Of a stretch of DNA of 64,000 bases, positions 38,244 through 48,851 are shown one piece after another. The position numbers were made by a program, and so were the translations under genes. Under the pieces are notes generated by a model, which was not told the origin of the DNA, did no database searches, and saw only the letters and a list, made by a program, of their open reading frames with translations. Source of the DNA: an uncultured Alphaproteobacteria bacterium (lineage in GTDB: Bacteria; Pseudomonadota; Alphaproteobacteria; UBA8366; GCA-2717185); the NCBI GenBank assembly GCA_943788635.1, contig CALSRA010000007.1:27035-91034 (forward strand), given 5' to 3'. How positions within the stretch are numbered: position 1 is the stretch's first letter; the number at the start of each line of letters is the position of its first letter.

Positions 38244-39314
38244 TCAGGAAGCTTTTGCGCGGTTCCGCTCAAGCCAGGTTTCAACCATTCCCACGGTTTC
38301 ATCGACCGTATCCAGGCTCATCCCTTTCTGCAGGGCGATCGTCCGCACCAGGCAGTCGGCGCGTTCGATATTCGGCACCCCTGCGGCCAATGCACGGGCC
38401 GCAGAAGACGGTTTGGCAAGCCCGTTGGCGGCATTCGCATACTTTTCAAACGGCACCTGATCCGCCACATCCGCGCCCATCGCATGAACAACCGACGTGA
38501 CCCAGTTATAAACTTCGCGCGACTTGTCGAGGTCGCTATGCACCGCGTCCTTGATCGCGCGCATATCGTCCTGCTGGACGCAACGATAGTTGCCCGTCAA
38601 CAACATGCTCCATTTCGCAAGCGGAACGAACACCGAATCATATACCTTCAGCTTTACCGGCAGTTCGATTTCACCGTCACCGGGATTGAAGCGAACCGCC
38701 TCGATATCCGCCTGAATCTGGCGCAAAATAGCGGTATCTGCATCGGATTCGAAGCGTGCGACCTTGAAATTGGTCGGCAGGCTGACCTGCAGAACATTGG
38801 TCGGTTCTTCCGGTGGGCGGAAGGCCTGCGGGTCCGGGCTGCACAGCGTAATCGTTTTGGGATCGAAACTATCCCAGACTGTCGGGTCCGTGTAGCAATG
38901 CTTCAAGCTGTCGGTATCGAGGCCCGGAATACGCGCCATATACGGCAGCGGCGGCATGTTCATGATCGACATGCAGGGAACGCCGGATTTAGCGACCTTG
39001 TCGAGCAGTTCACGGACGCCCGGGGACCGGTATTGCGGTTCCTGCATCGCCAGCGCGATTAAATCATAGTCTGCGGGATCGACCTCATCCGGTGCTGCCG
39101 CCGATAACGTACCCGGCAAGTTACGCGAATCGATTTCGACCAGGCCCTCACGGCCCCGAATCGGCATCCGAACGCGTTGACCATCCTTGTTGATCAGATC
39201 CGCTTCTTCCGGCAGGCAGACCATTTTGGCGGAATGCCCGGCCAGCAACAGCTTTATCGCGAGCAGCGATCCGTAGGATGCGCCCATAATGAGAGTGTTG
39301 TATTTCTTCGACAT
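38244..39314 (-). CDS. Putative NAD(P)-binding oxidoreductase (ketopantoate-reductase/ApbA-like fold)
   Basis: 356 aa from ATG 39314. N-terminal LIMGASYGSLLAIKLLLAG is Rossmann-like. The family assignment is tentative. Confidence 0.35.
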   Translation of the reverse strand: MSKKYNTLIMGASYGSLLAIKLLLAGHSAKMVCLPEEADLINKDGQRVRMPIRGREGLVEIDSRNLPGTLSAAAPDEVDPADYDLIALAMQEPQYRSPGVRELLDKVAKSGVPCMSIMNMPPLPYMARIPGLDTDSLKHCYTDPTVWDSFDPKTITLCSPDPQAFRPPEEPTNVLQVSLPTNFKVARFESDADTAILRQIQADIEAVRFNPGDGEIELPVKLKVYDSVFVPLAKWSMLLTGNYRCVQQDDMRAIKDAVHSDLDKSREVYNWVTSVVHAMGADVADQVPFEKYANAANGLAKPSSAARALAAGVPNIERADCLVRTIALQKGMSLDTVDETVGMVETWLERNRAKAS

Positions 39315-39430
39315 GATTTCCCCGTCCTGTTCCAAAAAAAGTGGTTCCGTTTCCTCATGGTTCAAACCTGAGGAATTTGGGGGGAATTTGCCCATCTCAA
39401 CCGCATCAGGTCAAGCAATAGAGGGGATTT

Positions 39431-39880
39431 TTACGCCCCTTCCAGCGCCGCAAGCGGATTATCGCCTGCCAGACGCGCCTCGTCTTCTGCGGAACCTTTT
39501 CCGGATTGGATCGCCACGTGGGATAGCGACCGCTGAATGCGCTCATTCATCAGACGCATCATGATCATCCTGAGTTTGACCTTCAGGGCGTCGAGATCCG
39601 CATCATTGGGTTCGTCGCCAAACAGGTCTTCTGACGTTTTCAGGAAGGTTTCCCGAATTTCAGCGTCACTGTCACGCGAGAACAGTACCTTGATTATAAA
39701 AGAAAAACAGGCCTTGAGCTTCGCCGACGTGGTTGCCTGCTCAATTTGAGCAATCAGGCCGGTTTCAGGCGCCTGAAACACGGTCATCCAGTCGATGGTT
39801 CCATCGGGAAGTTTTGGCCAATCCATTGCGTATCTGGCTCCAACTCGTAAACGAAGCAACCGGCGAGACAACCGACTCAC
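39431..39880 (-). CDS. Hypothetical protein
   Basis: 149-aa ORF, acidic and helical, with no recognisable motif. An alternative start lies at 39826 (MDWPKLPDG). Confidence 0.4.
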   Translation of the reverse strand: MSRLSRRLLRLRVGARYAMDWPKLPDGTIDWMTVFQAPETGLIAQIEQATTSAKLKACFSFIIKVLFSRDSDAEIRETFLKTSEDLFGDEPNDADLDALKVKLRMIMMRLMNERIQRSLSHVAIQSGKGSAEDEARLAGDNPLAALEGA

Positions 39881-40000
39881 CGGGTAAACGACCGAAACGC
39901 AGCGGTTTCCGGCATTCCACCCTAGAATAAACGCTACAATGTTACCGCTATGTTAAAAACATAGCGCTGTCCCCGTGGAAGGCAATACGGCAATCGAAAG

Positions 40001-40945
40001 TCAGGCCCCTATAATTGGCTCCCCCTTGACCAAAGTCCGGTGCAATTCGCGCGGCTGCGTGTGGTCTGCCTGGGTACGGCTGTGCAGGGTGCAACGGTTA
40101 TCCCACAACAACACTTCCCCGGGTGTCCAGGCATGCGCCCAGGTCAGGGATGGCCTCGTTGCGTTCGTCCATAGGGTATCGAGCAACGTCTCGCTTTCAT
40201 CCTGCGGCAACTCCACAATGTAACTGGATGGCGCCGCGTAGCGCCGGCCAAGATACAACGCCTTGCGGCCTGTATCGGGATGAATCCTGACCAGCGGATG
40301 GACAGGTCCTTCGACCTCTTCACGGCTTGCCGGCAGTTTTTGGGTCGGCCTTTTACCCCCCGCGGTATTGCGGCTGGTATCGTGCCGGATATGCAACCCC
40401 TCAATCTGCGCCTTGAGGTGTTCCGACAGTGAATCATAGGCGTCATACTGGTTGGCAAACAATGTTTCCCCACCGCCATTCACCGGCACCTGGATGGAAT
40501 AGAGCAGGCTGCCCTTGGGTGGCGTCTCGGTATAGGAGTTGTCGGTATGCCAGAACAGTCTTTGGCTGCCCGAGGCATGTTCGGCTTTCAGAAATGGCTT
40601 CCCGTCATCATCGAGATTGGAAATATACGAAATGCCCGGCAGCCGTGAAACGCGGGCCGTACCTTCCTTGTATCCCGCATCGACAAAATACTGCCGCGAT
40701 CCCGTTGCCTGCGAACCGCCAAGCGCGTCGGCAACGCGAAGCAGGTCTTCATCCGAAAGCGACTGGTGACGGAACAACAGAACCAGATGGTTTCGCCATG
40801 CGGCCCGGACAAAGTCCAGCGTGTCGCCGGTCAGGGTGCGGGACAGGTCCACCCCCGTCACTTCCGCGCCAAGCGCTTTGCCTGACGGAATAACATCGCG
40901 TTCGATCACGGTGGACATTGCTTCATTCTCCCCCGAAACAGCCAA
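40001..40945 (-). CDS. TauD/TfdA-family Fe(II)/2-oxoglutarate dioxygenase
   Basis: 314 aa. WHTDNSY (HxD) and a distal NRCTLHSR His. An alternative start lies at 40918. Confidence 0.85.
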   Translation of the reverse strand: MAVSGENEAMSTVIERDVIPSGKALGAEVTGVDLSRTLTGDTLDFVRAAWRNHLVLLFRHQSLSDEDLLRVADALGGSQATGSRQYFVDAGYKEGTARVSRLPGISYISNLDDDGKPFLKAEHASGSQRLFWHTDNSYTETPPKGSLLYSIQVPVNGGGETLFANQYDAYDSLSEHLKAQIEGLHIRHDTSRNTAGGKRPTQKLPASREEVEGPVHPLVRIHPDTGRKALYLGRRYAAPSSYIVELPQDESETLLDTLWTNATRPSLTWAHAWTPGEVLLWDNRCTLHSRTQADHTQPRELHRTLVKGEPIIGA

Positions 40946-41067
40946 TCCTGTTTAAAAACCTTAGACCCGCTATAACAGCGATGCAATCAGCGCCCATTTG
41001 ACCGGACGACGGCGCGCGCATTAGAAACCCTGCATCAGTCCATATCCTCTGAATTCAAAGGTGTGCC

Positions 41068-42476
41068 GTGGCGAATGACGACCTCTGCTTTACCCCGGCG
41101 ACAGAACTGGCAACGCTGGTCCGTGACAAGTCTGTCTCGCCACTCGAAATCATGGACGCGGTCATTGGCCGCATTGAGCAGGTCAACCCGGCCGTAAACG
41201 CGTTCTGCCATGTCGATTTCGACCGCGCACGCGACGGCGCGAAAGCGGCCGAGAAATCGGTTATGCGGGGCGACCCGCTGGGACCCATGCACGGCATGCC
41301 GGTATCCATCAAGGATCTCGCAGCCGTCAACGGTATGCGCTTCTGTGGCGGATCCCATATTTACGCCGAGCGGATTGCAACTTTCGATGCACCGATGGTC
41401 GAACGGTTGAAAGCGGCTGGCGCCATTGTTACCGGCAAAACGACGACGCCTGAATTTGGCTGGAAAGCGATCGGTGACAGCCCGTTGACCGGGATAACGC
41501 GCAACCCCTGGAGCCTTGATCACACCACCGGCGGCTCCAGCGCCGGCGCGTCGGCTGCCGCAGCGGCAGGACTGGGGCCGCTGCATCAGGGCGGCGATGG
41601 GGCCGGCTCAATCCGGGTGCCCGCAAGTTTCTGTGGCGTCTTCGGCATGAAACCGACATTCGGGCGCGTGCCCGCCTGGCCGCAATCGAATGGCGACAAC
41701 GCCGCCGCGTCCGGCCCGGTTACCCGCACCGTTGGCGATGCAGCGCTGATGCTTTCCGTCATGGCAGGGCCGCATCCGCTGGACAATACATCGCTGAAGC
41801 CCGCCCCGATGACTATGTCGGGCGGCTGCAAGACGGCATCAAGGGACTTCGGATCGGGTGGAGCGGCGACCTGGGCTGCCTGCGTGTCGATCCGGAAATT
41901 GCCGCGATATGCGAACGCGCCGCGCAACGGTTTGTCGAGCTTGGCGCAACGGTCGAGGACGTGGCGATAGACTGGCCGGATCCATCCGAGATCATTCGTG
42001 TCATGTGGAGCGCGCATGAAAGCGGCAATTACGGTGGTCGCCTGCCGGAATGGCGCGACCGCATGGATCCGGGCCTGGTTGCCTGCATTGAGAATGGCGG
42101 ATCCTACCGATCCAATGAATACATTCGGCAGCGCGCCAGCAAACAGGCCTATTGCAGCGCTATCGCCAGAACCTTCACCGAATATGACCTGCTGCTGACG
42201 CCTTCCGTTTCGGTCGCAGCATTGCCGGTCGGGCAGTTGAACCCGGAAGGCTGGCCGCAACATGAATGGGACTGGTTTGCCTGGGCCGGGTTTTCATACC
42301 CTTTCAATTTTTCAGGCAATCCGGCGGCATCCGTGCCGGTTGGTTTTACAGCGTCCGGGCTGCCAGTCGGTTTGCAGATTGCAGGTCGTCGGTTTGCAGA
42401 CTTGGGCGTTCTTCAGGCCGCCGCGGCATTCGAGGAAATGATGCCATGGGCCGAGGCGAAACCGCGGCTTCGGTAA
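41068..42476 (+). pseudogene. Amidase (amidase-signature family), one apparent frameshift
   Basis: GTG start. The GGSSAGASAAAAAG...GGDGAGSIRVPASFCG signature is in ORF 41068-41970, and the C-terminal half is in ORF 41961-42476. The homologous sequence changes frame near 41801-41812 (...LKPAP / DDYVGRLQDGIKGLRIGW...). Confidence 0.8.
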
Positions 42477-42494
42477 CGTTCAAAAACAGACGCG

Positions 42495-42878
42495 TCAGGA
42501 AGCGAAGCTGGAGCGCATCTGCGCCGCCCATTTACCGTCGATACAGGCGATAATCCAAAGTGACCGGAACTGCCCGAGCGCCGAGCCATCGGCACGATAT
42601 CGTGTGAACCGCACATCAAGGTGCACCTTGTCGGCACCGCCTGCAATCAGGTCACGTGAATCCCACGCGCTGTGATCCCAGCCATCGCCCGCGCGGGCGA
42701 TGAAGCCAGCAAAATATTCATCGGGCGTTTCCCAGATCTGCATCCGGCCCTGGGTCAGACGGTAGTGCGGGAAATGCAGCGTATCCGCCAGCGCTACTTC
42801 GTCGCGCGCATTCAGTGCTGCAATGTGATTGTCCATCACCGTCAGGGCAGCGACATAGGCATCGTTATTATCGGTCAC
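42495..42878 (-). CDS. SnoaL-like / NTF2-fold protein
   Basis: 127 aa. The size and pattern fit an NTF2-like superfamily protein. No catalytic assignment. Confidence 0.5.
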   Translation of the reverse strand: MTDNNDAYVAALTVMDNHIAALNARDEVALADTLHFPHYRLTQGRMQIWETPDEYFAGFIARAGDGWDHSAWDSRDLIAGGADKVHLDVRFTRYRADGSALGQFRSLWIIACIDGKWAAQMRSSFAS

Positions 42879-42882
42879 CGCC

Positions 42883-44012
42883 CTAGTCCTTCAGGTCTTC
42901 CCAGAATTCCTTGACCTTGGCGAAGAAACCCTCGGATTCAGGGCTGTAGGATCGGCCAGCGCCCGCCGCTTCAAATTCCTGCAACAACTCTCGCTGTTTA
43001 CGCGACAGGTTGACCGGTGTTTCGATGCTGGCTTCGACATACATATCGCCGCGCTGCCGGGAATTGAGCACGCTCATACCCTTGCTACGAAGCCGGAACT
43101 GCTGACCCGTCTGCGTGCCCGGCGGCACCGCGACCTTGGCTTTGCCGCCATCGATGGTCGGCACTTCGACATTGCCGCCCAACGCCGCCGCGATCATTGA
43201 CATCGGCACCTTGCAATAAATGTCGGCATCTTCCCGCTGGAACAAGCGATGCGCCGTCAGGGACAGGAATATGTACAGGTCGCCCGCTGGCGCGCCATTC
43301 ATACCGGCCTCGCCTTCGCCCGACAGCCGGATGCGGGTGCCCTCTTCAACACCCGGCGGAATTTTTACGGCAAGAGTCTTTTCCTTGTGCGTCCTGCCGT
43401 TACCGTTACAGGGCGGACACGGCTTATCGATGACCCGGCCCGCGCCGTGGCAGCCCGGACAGGTTCGTTCGACCGTGAAGAAGCCCTGCTGCGAGCGCAT
43501 TTTGCCGGCACCGCGGCAGGTCGGACAGGAAATCGGCTGTGCACCGCCCTCGGCGCCGGACCCGTCACAGGTGTCACAGGTGACGGAAGTCGGCACCCGG
43601 ATATCGGCGGATTTTCCGTTGAATGCTTCCTCCAGCGAAATTTCCAGATTATAGCGCAAATCCGAACCGCGACGGTTTCCCGATCCGCGACGCCCGCCGG
43701 CGCCACCAAACATTTCGTCAAAGATATCGGCAAAGCCACCGGCAAAATCGAAGCCCGCAGCGCCATGGCCGGGGCACGCCGCTGCCATTCTCGAAGGCCG
43801 CTTCGCCATAGCGGTCGTACGCTGCGCGTTTTTGTTCATCCTTCAGGATGTCGTAGGCGCTGGCCGAATTCCTTGAATTTCTTTTCCGCTTCTTCGTCAC
43901 CCGGATTGCGATCCGGGTGATACTGCATGGCCAGCTTGCGAAACGCCTTTTTCAGGTCGTCCTGGCTGGCGTCCCGCCCGACACCCAGCATTTCATATAA
44001 GTCTTCAGCCAT
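42883..44012 (-). pseudogene. dnaJ: Chaperone DnaJ, two apparent frameshifts
   Basis: J-domain start [11 protein letters not shown]...HPDRNPGD at 44012. A fragment ...[18 protein letters not shown] is in ORF 43718-43900. The Gly-rich region and four CxxCxGxG repeats are in ORF 42883-43839. Frame changes lie near 43861-43880 and 43765-43780. Confidence 0.9.
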
Positions 44013-44037
44013 TCTCCACCCCTAAAAGGTGAGGGGC

Positions 44038-44060
44038 CCGGCGGAATATTCTTCCGCCGG
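44038..44060 (-). promoter_or_regulatory. Intercistronic stem-loop between dnaK and dnaJ
   Basis: Perfect 9-bp stem CCGGCGGAA / TTCCGCCGG with a 5-nt loop, 26 nt upstream of the dnaJ ATG. Confidence 0.35.
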
Positions 44061-44141
44061 CACCCTTTGTACTGTCTGGCCGTTCTGATCCCGCGCGCCG
44101 CACATTCCCCCGGACGTCACGAAACCGGAAAGGCCGTCCGA

Positions 44142-46067
44142 TTATGCCGACTTCTTATCGTCGTCGACCTCTTCGAAATCCGCATCGACGACATTTTCGT
44201 CCGCGGCCGGTTCGGTTGCCTCAGCGGATGGGTCCATGTCCGGAGCCGCCGTCATATCTTCCTGGCTGGCCTTGTAGATAGCTTCACCAAGCTTCATCGA
44301 CGATTGCGACAAGGCTTCGGTCTTTGCCTTGATATCATCAGCATCTTCACCTTCAAGTGCGGTTTTTAGTGCCGCAACATCGGTTTCGATCTGCGTCTTG
44401 TCATCTTCGGGAATCTTGTCGCCGTGTTCGGCAAGATTCTTTTCTGTCTGATAGACAAGACTGTCGGCGGTGTTGCGGACGTCCACAAGTTCGCGGCGCT
44501 TCTTGTCATCGGCCGAATGCATTTCGGCATCCTTGACCATCTTGTCGATGTCGTCATCGGTAAGTCCGCCGGACGCCTGGATACGGATCTGCTGTTCCTT
44601 GCCGGTGCCCTTGTCCTTGGCCGAACATTGACGATGCCGTTGGCATCGATGTCGAAGGTCACCTCGATCTGCGGCACACCGCGCGGCGCCGAGGGAATCC
44701 CGACCAGATCGAACTGGCCCAGCATCTTGTTGTCGGCGGCCATTTCACGTTCGCCCTGGAAAACCCGGATTGTCACCGCAGTCTGATTGTCTTCGGCGGT
44801 CGAGAACACCTGGCTCTTCTTCGTCGGGATCGTCGTGTTGCGATCGATCAGGCGGGTGAACACACCGCCCAGCGTTTCGATGCCCAGCGACAGCGGCGTC
44901 ACATCCAGCAGCAGCACGTCCTTGACGTCACCCTGCAGCACGCCCGCCTGAATCGCCGCGCCAATGGCGACAACTTCATCCGGGTTCACGCCACGATGGG
45001 GTTCGCGGCCGAAAGAAGGTCTTCACCGTTTCCTGATCTTCGGCATGCGGGTCATGCCGCCAACCAGAATGACCTCGTCGATTTCGCGGCTTGAGGCCCG
45101 CGTCCTTCAACGCCTTCTGGCACGGGCTCAACCGTCGCGTGACCAGGTCATCGACCAGGGCTTCGAGCTTGGCGCGGGTCAGCTTCACGTTCAGATGCTT
45201 CGGGCCCGACTGGTCGGCCGTGATGAACGGCAGGTTCACTTCGGTCTGCGGTCGCGCTGACAGCTCGATCTTGGCCTTCTCGCGAGCTTCCTTCAGGCGC
45301 TGCAGCGCGAGCTTGTCTTCGCGCAGATCAATGCCCTGTTCCTTTTTGAACTCATCGGCCAGATATCGATGATCCGCTGGTCGAAATCCTCGCCACCGAG
45401 GAAGGTATCGCCGTTGGTCGACTTCACCTCGAACACGCCATCGCCGATTTCCAGAATCGAGACAGTCGAACGTGCCGCCGCCGAGATCGTAAACCGCGAT
45501 CGTGCCGGTGTTCTTCTTGTCGAGACCATAGGCCAGCGCCGCCGCCGTCGGCTCGTTGATGATGCGCAGCACTTCAAGGCCCGCAATCTTGCCGGCATCC
45601 TTGGTCGCCTGGCGCTGCGAGTCGTTGAAATAGGCAGGCACTGTCACGACCGCCTGGGTCACTGTCTCACCAAGATAGGATTCTGCGGTTTCCTTCATAT
45701 GCTGCAGGATAAATCCGCTGATCTGGCTCGGCGCGTAGGTTTTGGCATCCTTGCCTTCCACCCATGCATCACCGTTTTCGCCGGCAATGATCTTGTAGGG
45801 AACCAGATCCTTGTCCTTTTCGACTTCCGCATCCGTGGCGCGACGGCCAATCAGGCGCTTGATCGATGAAAATGTATTGGTCGGATTGGTGACCGCCTGT
45901 CGCTTCGCCGAATGGCCGACAAGCCGCTCGCCGCCATCTGTGAACGCTACCATGGAGGGCGTCGTGCGATGCCCTTCAGAGCTTTCAATGACTTTCGCGG
46001 CCGTCCCTTCCATGACCGCGACGCAGGAATTGGTCGTTCCCAGATCGATGCCAATGACTTTACTCAT
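44142..46067 (-). pseudogene. dnaK: Chaperone DnaK (Hsp70), at least six apparent frameshifts
   Basis: The span equals a ~641-aa DnaK. DnaK-homologous sequence is distributed over ORFs 44976-46067 ([14 protein letters not shown]...), 45293-45598 ([29 protein letters not shown]), 44366-44989 ([13 protein letters not shown]...) and 44142-44540 (C-terminal lid). Frame changes fall between ~44.62 and ~45.47 kb. Confidence 0.95.
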
Positions 46068-46173
46068 GCCGAAATACCTCTTCGTTTACGGCAGCCCCAA
46101 CCGGCCTGCTTCGCAGCGCCTGTAAAGGCCCCTGAATGTTTAAGGATCACAGAATCGTTATGAACTACGGGTC

Positions 46174-46202
46174 ATATAGGCATGTTCGAAAAGCCGCGCA
46201 AG
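46174..46202 (-). promoter_or_regulatory. RpoH (sigma-32)-type heat-shock promoter upstream of dnaK
   Basis: The minus strand reads CTTG-N18-CCTATAT (plus-strand CAAG at 46199-46202, ATATAGG at 46174-46180), ~107 nt upstream of the dnaK ATG. This matches the alphaproteobacterial sigma-32 consensus CTTG-N17/18-CYTATNT. Confidence 0.5.
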
Positions 46203-46280
46203 CCGCCGATGCGTAGAAAATGGAACCGGAACGGGGAATTTGCAGCGTAAAGGGTGTGCTGGTGTGGACTCTGGTGCGAA

Positions 46281-47219
46281 CTACAAACGATCCAGCAGTA
46301 CAACAGCGTTGCGCACTTCGCGCTGTACAGCTTTCCGGCACGCCAGTACCAGCGGCGTATCTGCCTCCACGTCCGTCACAACAAGGCTGAACGTCACCAT
46401 AGTGAACTGCGCCTTGTCGACGACAAATACCCGACCGTAGAAAATGGCCAGACCGTCGGCGTCGGGGCCGTCGGACCATAGAAACGCTTTCTCTTCATCG
46501 CCTTCGACAATGATATCAAGATGCCCCATTTCATCGACGATCTCCGTGAACTGCTGCGCCTTTTCACGTGCGGAAATCCTGGTCACGCCAGACAGGTCCC
46601 TGAAACTGTCCCAGTCAATCCAGAGCGTGCCGTCAACCACATCCATGGTATCGCAGTAATATCGGCCCCCCTCAGTCCTGCCGCTCTTCCACCAGGACGG
46701 CACACGAATAAAAATGTGGTTTTCGACCTGAATCAACTGCAGGCCTTGTGCCAGCGCAATCCGGTCCAGCGGCGTTATCACATTGGAAAACCGGCTCGTC
46801 TCGATCAATTCCAGGACCTGCATCGGAAGCGTATCGGGCAGGTTTTCGATATTCTCGATAAACGGCGTTTCCAACCTGGCAACAAGAACCCGAATATGGG
46901 TTGGCGGCAGGATATGGCCCCATTTGAAAATCTGGACATAAGTCTGACTATCCGCGGGCAGGAAACCGTAAGCGAACAGGGTTTCCGGCGCGACACCTGA
47001 ATCCTCAGAAAACGGCATACCCTCCTCGAAGACAAAGCAACTTATGTCATCACAAGCGACTGATTCAGGGTGTTCGTAACAATTGACAGTAATCTGCAGT
47101 CGTATTGCCGGGTATTGCGGAAAGACAATCGTCGCACCCATAAATTCGATATCGGAAACATCCCACTCGTCGGGCAGATCGAGAATTACGGTTCCCCCAC
47201 CGAAACTAATTTGCTTCAT
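46281..47219 (-). CDS. Hypothetical protein (no recognisable family)
   Basis: Uninterrupted 312-aa ORF, visibly lower GC than its neighbours. Divergent from the DUF1848 gene across an AT-rich spacer. Confidence 0.55.
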   Translation of the reverse strand: MKQISFGGGTVILDLPDEWDVSDIEFMGATIVFPQYPAIRLQITVNCYEHPESVACDDISCFVFEEGMPFSEDSGVAPETLFAYGFLPADSQTYVQIFKWGHILPPTHIRVLVARLETPFIENIENLPDTLPMQVLELIETSRFSNVITPLDRIALAQGLQLIQVENHIFIRVPSWWKSGRTEGGRYYCDTMDVVDGTLWIDWDSFRDLSGVTRISAREKAQQFTEIVDEMGHLDIIVEGDEEKAFLWSDGPDADGLAIFYGRVFVVDKAQFTMVTFSLVVTDVEADTPLVLACRKAVQREVRNAVVLLDRL

Positions 47220-47327
47220 TCTCTTCCTCGTAAGAGATTCTTGAGCGCCCGTTATTATATTAAAATTTTCAATATTACTATTATAGATGGTTTTCTATGG
47301 ACCCTGGTACTTCGCGGAAGTTGGACA

Positions 47328-48197
47328 ATGATCGTATCCGCCAGTTACAGATCTGATATTCCGGCATTTTATGGTGACTGGTTCATGCGTCGGCTGACCG
47401 AGGGGTCGTGTCAGGTAACAAACCCCTATGGAAGCAAACCGTATACGGTCGTCCTGACGCCGGAGGCCGTGGACGGGTTCGTTTTCTGGACCCGCAACCT
47501 GCGACCGTTCGAGCCGCATCTTTCCCGTATCAGCGCGGACCATCCCTTCATGGTGCAATACACAATTACGGGGTATCCGCGCGCGCTGGAGCCCGGCGTG
47601 ATCGCGACCGACCAGGCAATCGCCGATTTGCAACGGTTGGCGGTGGAATTCGGGCCGCGTTGCGGCGTCTGGCGCTATGATCCCGTTGTCATCAGCGACC
47701 TGACGCCGCCGCAATGGCACTATAATAATTTTGCCCGCATCGCCGCCGCACTGGAAGGTTCTGTCGATGAGGTCATCATCTCTTTCGCCCATCTCTACGC
47801 AAAGACCGAGCGCAATCTCAAGATTGCCGCCCGCGGCAACGGGTTCGCCTGGCGCGATCCCGATACAGCGGAAAAGCAGGCTCTTTCAGCAGCTTTGGCG
47901 AAGATTGCGAGTCAACACGGGATAACGGCCGCCCTGTGCAGCCAGGAAAGTTTCCGGGGGGAGGGCGTTGCCGCCGCGCAATGCATAGACGCCGCCCGTC
48001 TGGGCGATATAGCCGGCAGGCCGATTACCGCCCGCGTGCGCGGCAACCGCCCCGACTGCCTGTGCCATGAATCGCGTGATATCGGTGCCTATGACACCTG
48101 CCCGCAAGGCTGCGCCTATTGCTACGCGGTCCGCAACCAGGCTTACGCCAAGCGCAGCCTGGCGCAACATGACCCGAACCAGCCGTTACTCGGCTAG
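47328..48197 (+). CDS. DUF1848-family protein with C-terminal radical-SAM-like Cys cluster
   Basis: 289 aa from ATG 47328. N-terminus MIVSASYRSDIPAFYGDWF. C-terminal CLCHESRDIGAYDTCPQGCAYC contains CxxxCxxC. Its stop is 4 nt from the convergent grpE stop. Confidence 0.65.
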   Translation: MIVSASYRSDIPAFYGDWFMRRLTEGSCQVTNPYGSKPYTVVLTPEAVDGFVFWTRNLRPFEPHLSRISADHPFMVQYTITGYPRALEPGVIATDQAIADLQRLAVEFGPRCGVWRYDPVVISDLTPPQWHYNNFARIAAALEGSVDEVIISFAHLYAKTERNLKIAARGNGFAWRDPDTAEKQALSAALAKIASQHGITAALCSQESFRGEGVAAAQCIDAARLGDIAGRPITARVRGNRPDCLCHESRDIGAYDTCPQGCAYCYAVRNQAYAKRSLAQHDPNQPLLG

Positions 48198-48201
48198 GCG
48201 A

Positions 48202-48835
48202 TCAGGCCGTTGTATCGACGTGTGATTCTTCAGGCTCAGCCTTGGCGACACCAACCATCGCCGGACGGAGCAACCGGTCATGCATCTTGTAGCCCGGCTG
48301 GCATGAGCTCGACGATTGTGCCGGCAGGCTGGACCGCTATTGGGTACTTCGAACATCGCCTGATGTTCATCGTGATTGAACTTCTCGCCCAGCGGAAGAA
48401 GCTGTTTGATGCTGTTCTTTTCGAATGCGGACAACAGCTCTTTTTCCGTCATTTCAACGCCGACCACGAAATTCTTGATGGCCTCGTCGCCTTCCCGCAT
48501 CTCCGGCGATACCGCCTGCAACGCACGACGCAGATTGTCGGCGACGTTCAGCAGGTCCCCGCGCAAGGTTGCTGGCGCCATAGCGCAGGGTTTCGGACTT
48601 TTCACGTTCTGCCCCGGCGCCGGATATTTTCCATCTCGGCGAGATTGCGAAGCGAGCGGTCGTTTGCTTCCGCCAGCGCCGTGGCCAGTTCCGCAATCCG
48701 CTCTTCAGGGGATTTCTCCGCCTCTTCTTCAACATCATCCGACGCGGCATCTACCTGCGCATCTTCGGCATCCTGTAAGTTCTCAGCGCCGGTTTCAGAT
48801 TCTTCCGGCCGCAACTTGTCGTCTTCTGTCATCAA
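48202..48835 (-). pseudogene. grpE: Nucleotide exchange factor GrpE, at least four apparent frameshifts
   Basis: The N-terminus in ORF 48602-48835 ends ...AEMENIRRR. It continues as EREKSETLRY in another frame, then as DLLNVADNLRRAL...FEVPNS in ORF 48186-48605. The C-terminus QPAGTIVELM / GYKMHDRLLRPAMVGVAKAE is in two further frames. Confidence 0.9.
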
Positions 48836-48851
48836 CTCATGTCCTTACCAC

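Noticed and set aside
39946-39966. The inverted repeat CGCTATG-N7-CATAGCG downstream of the TauD-family gene.
   Set aside because: The stem is short, the loop is AT-rich and there is no U-tract. It could be an operator or chance, and nothing supports a specific call.
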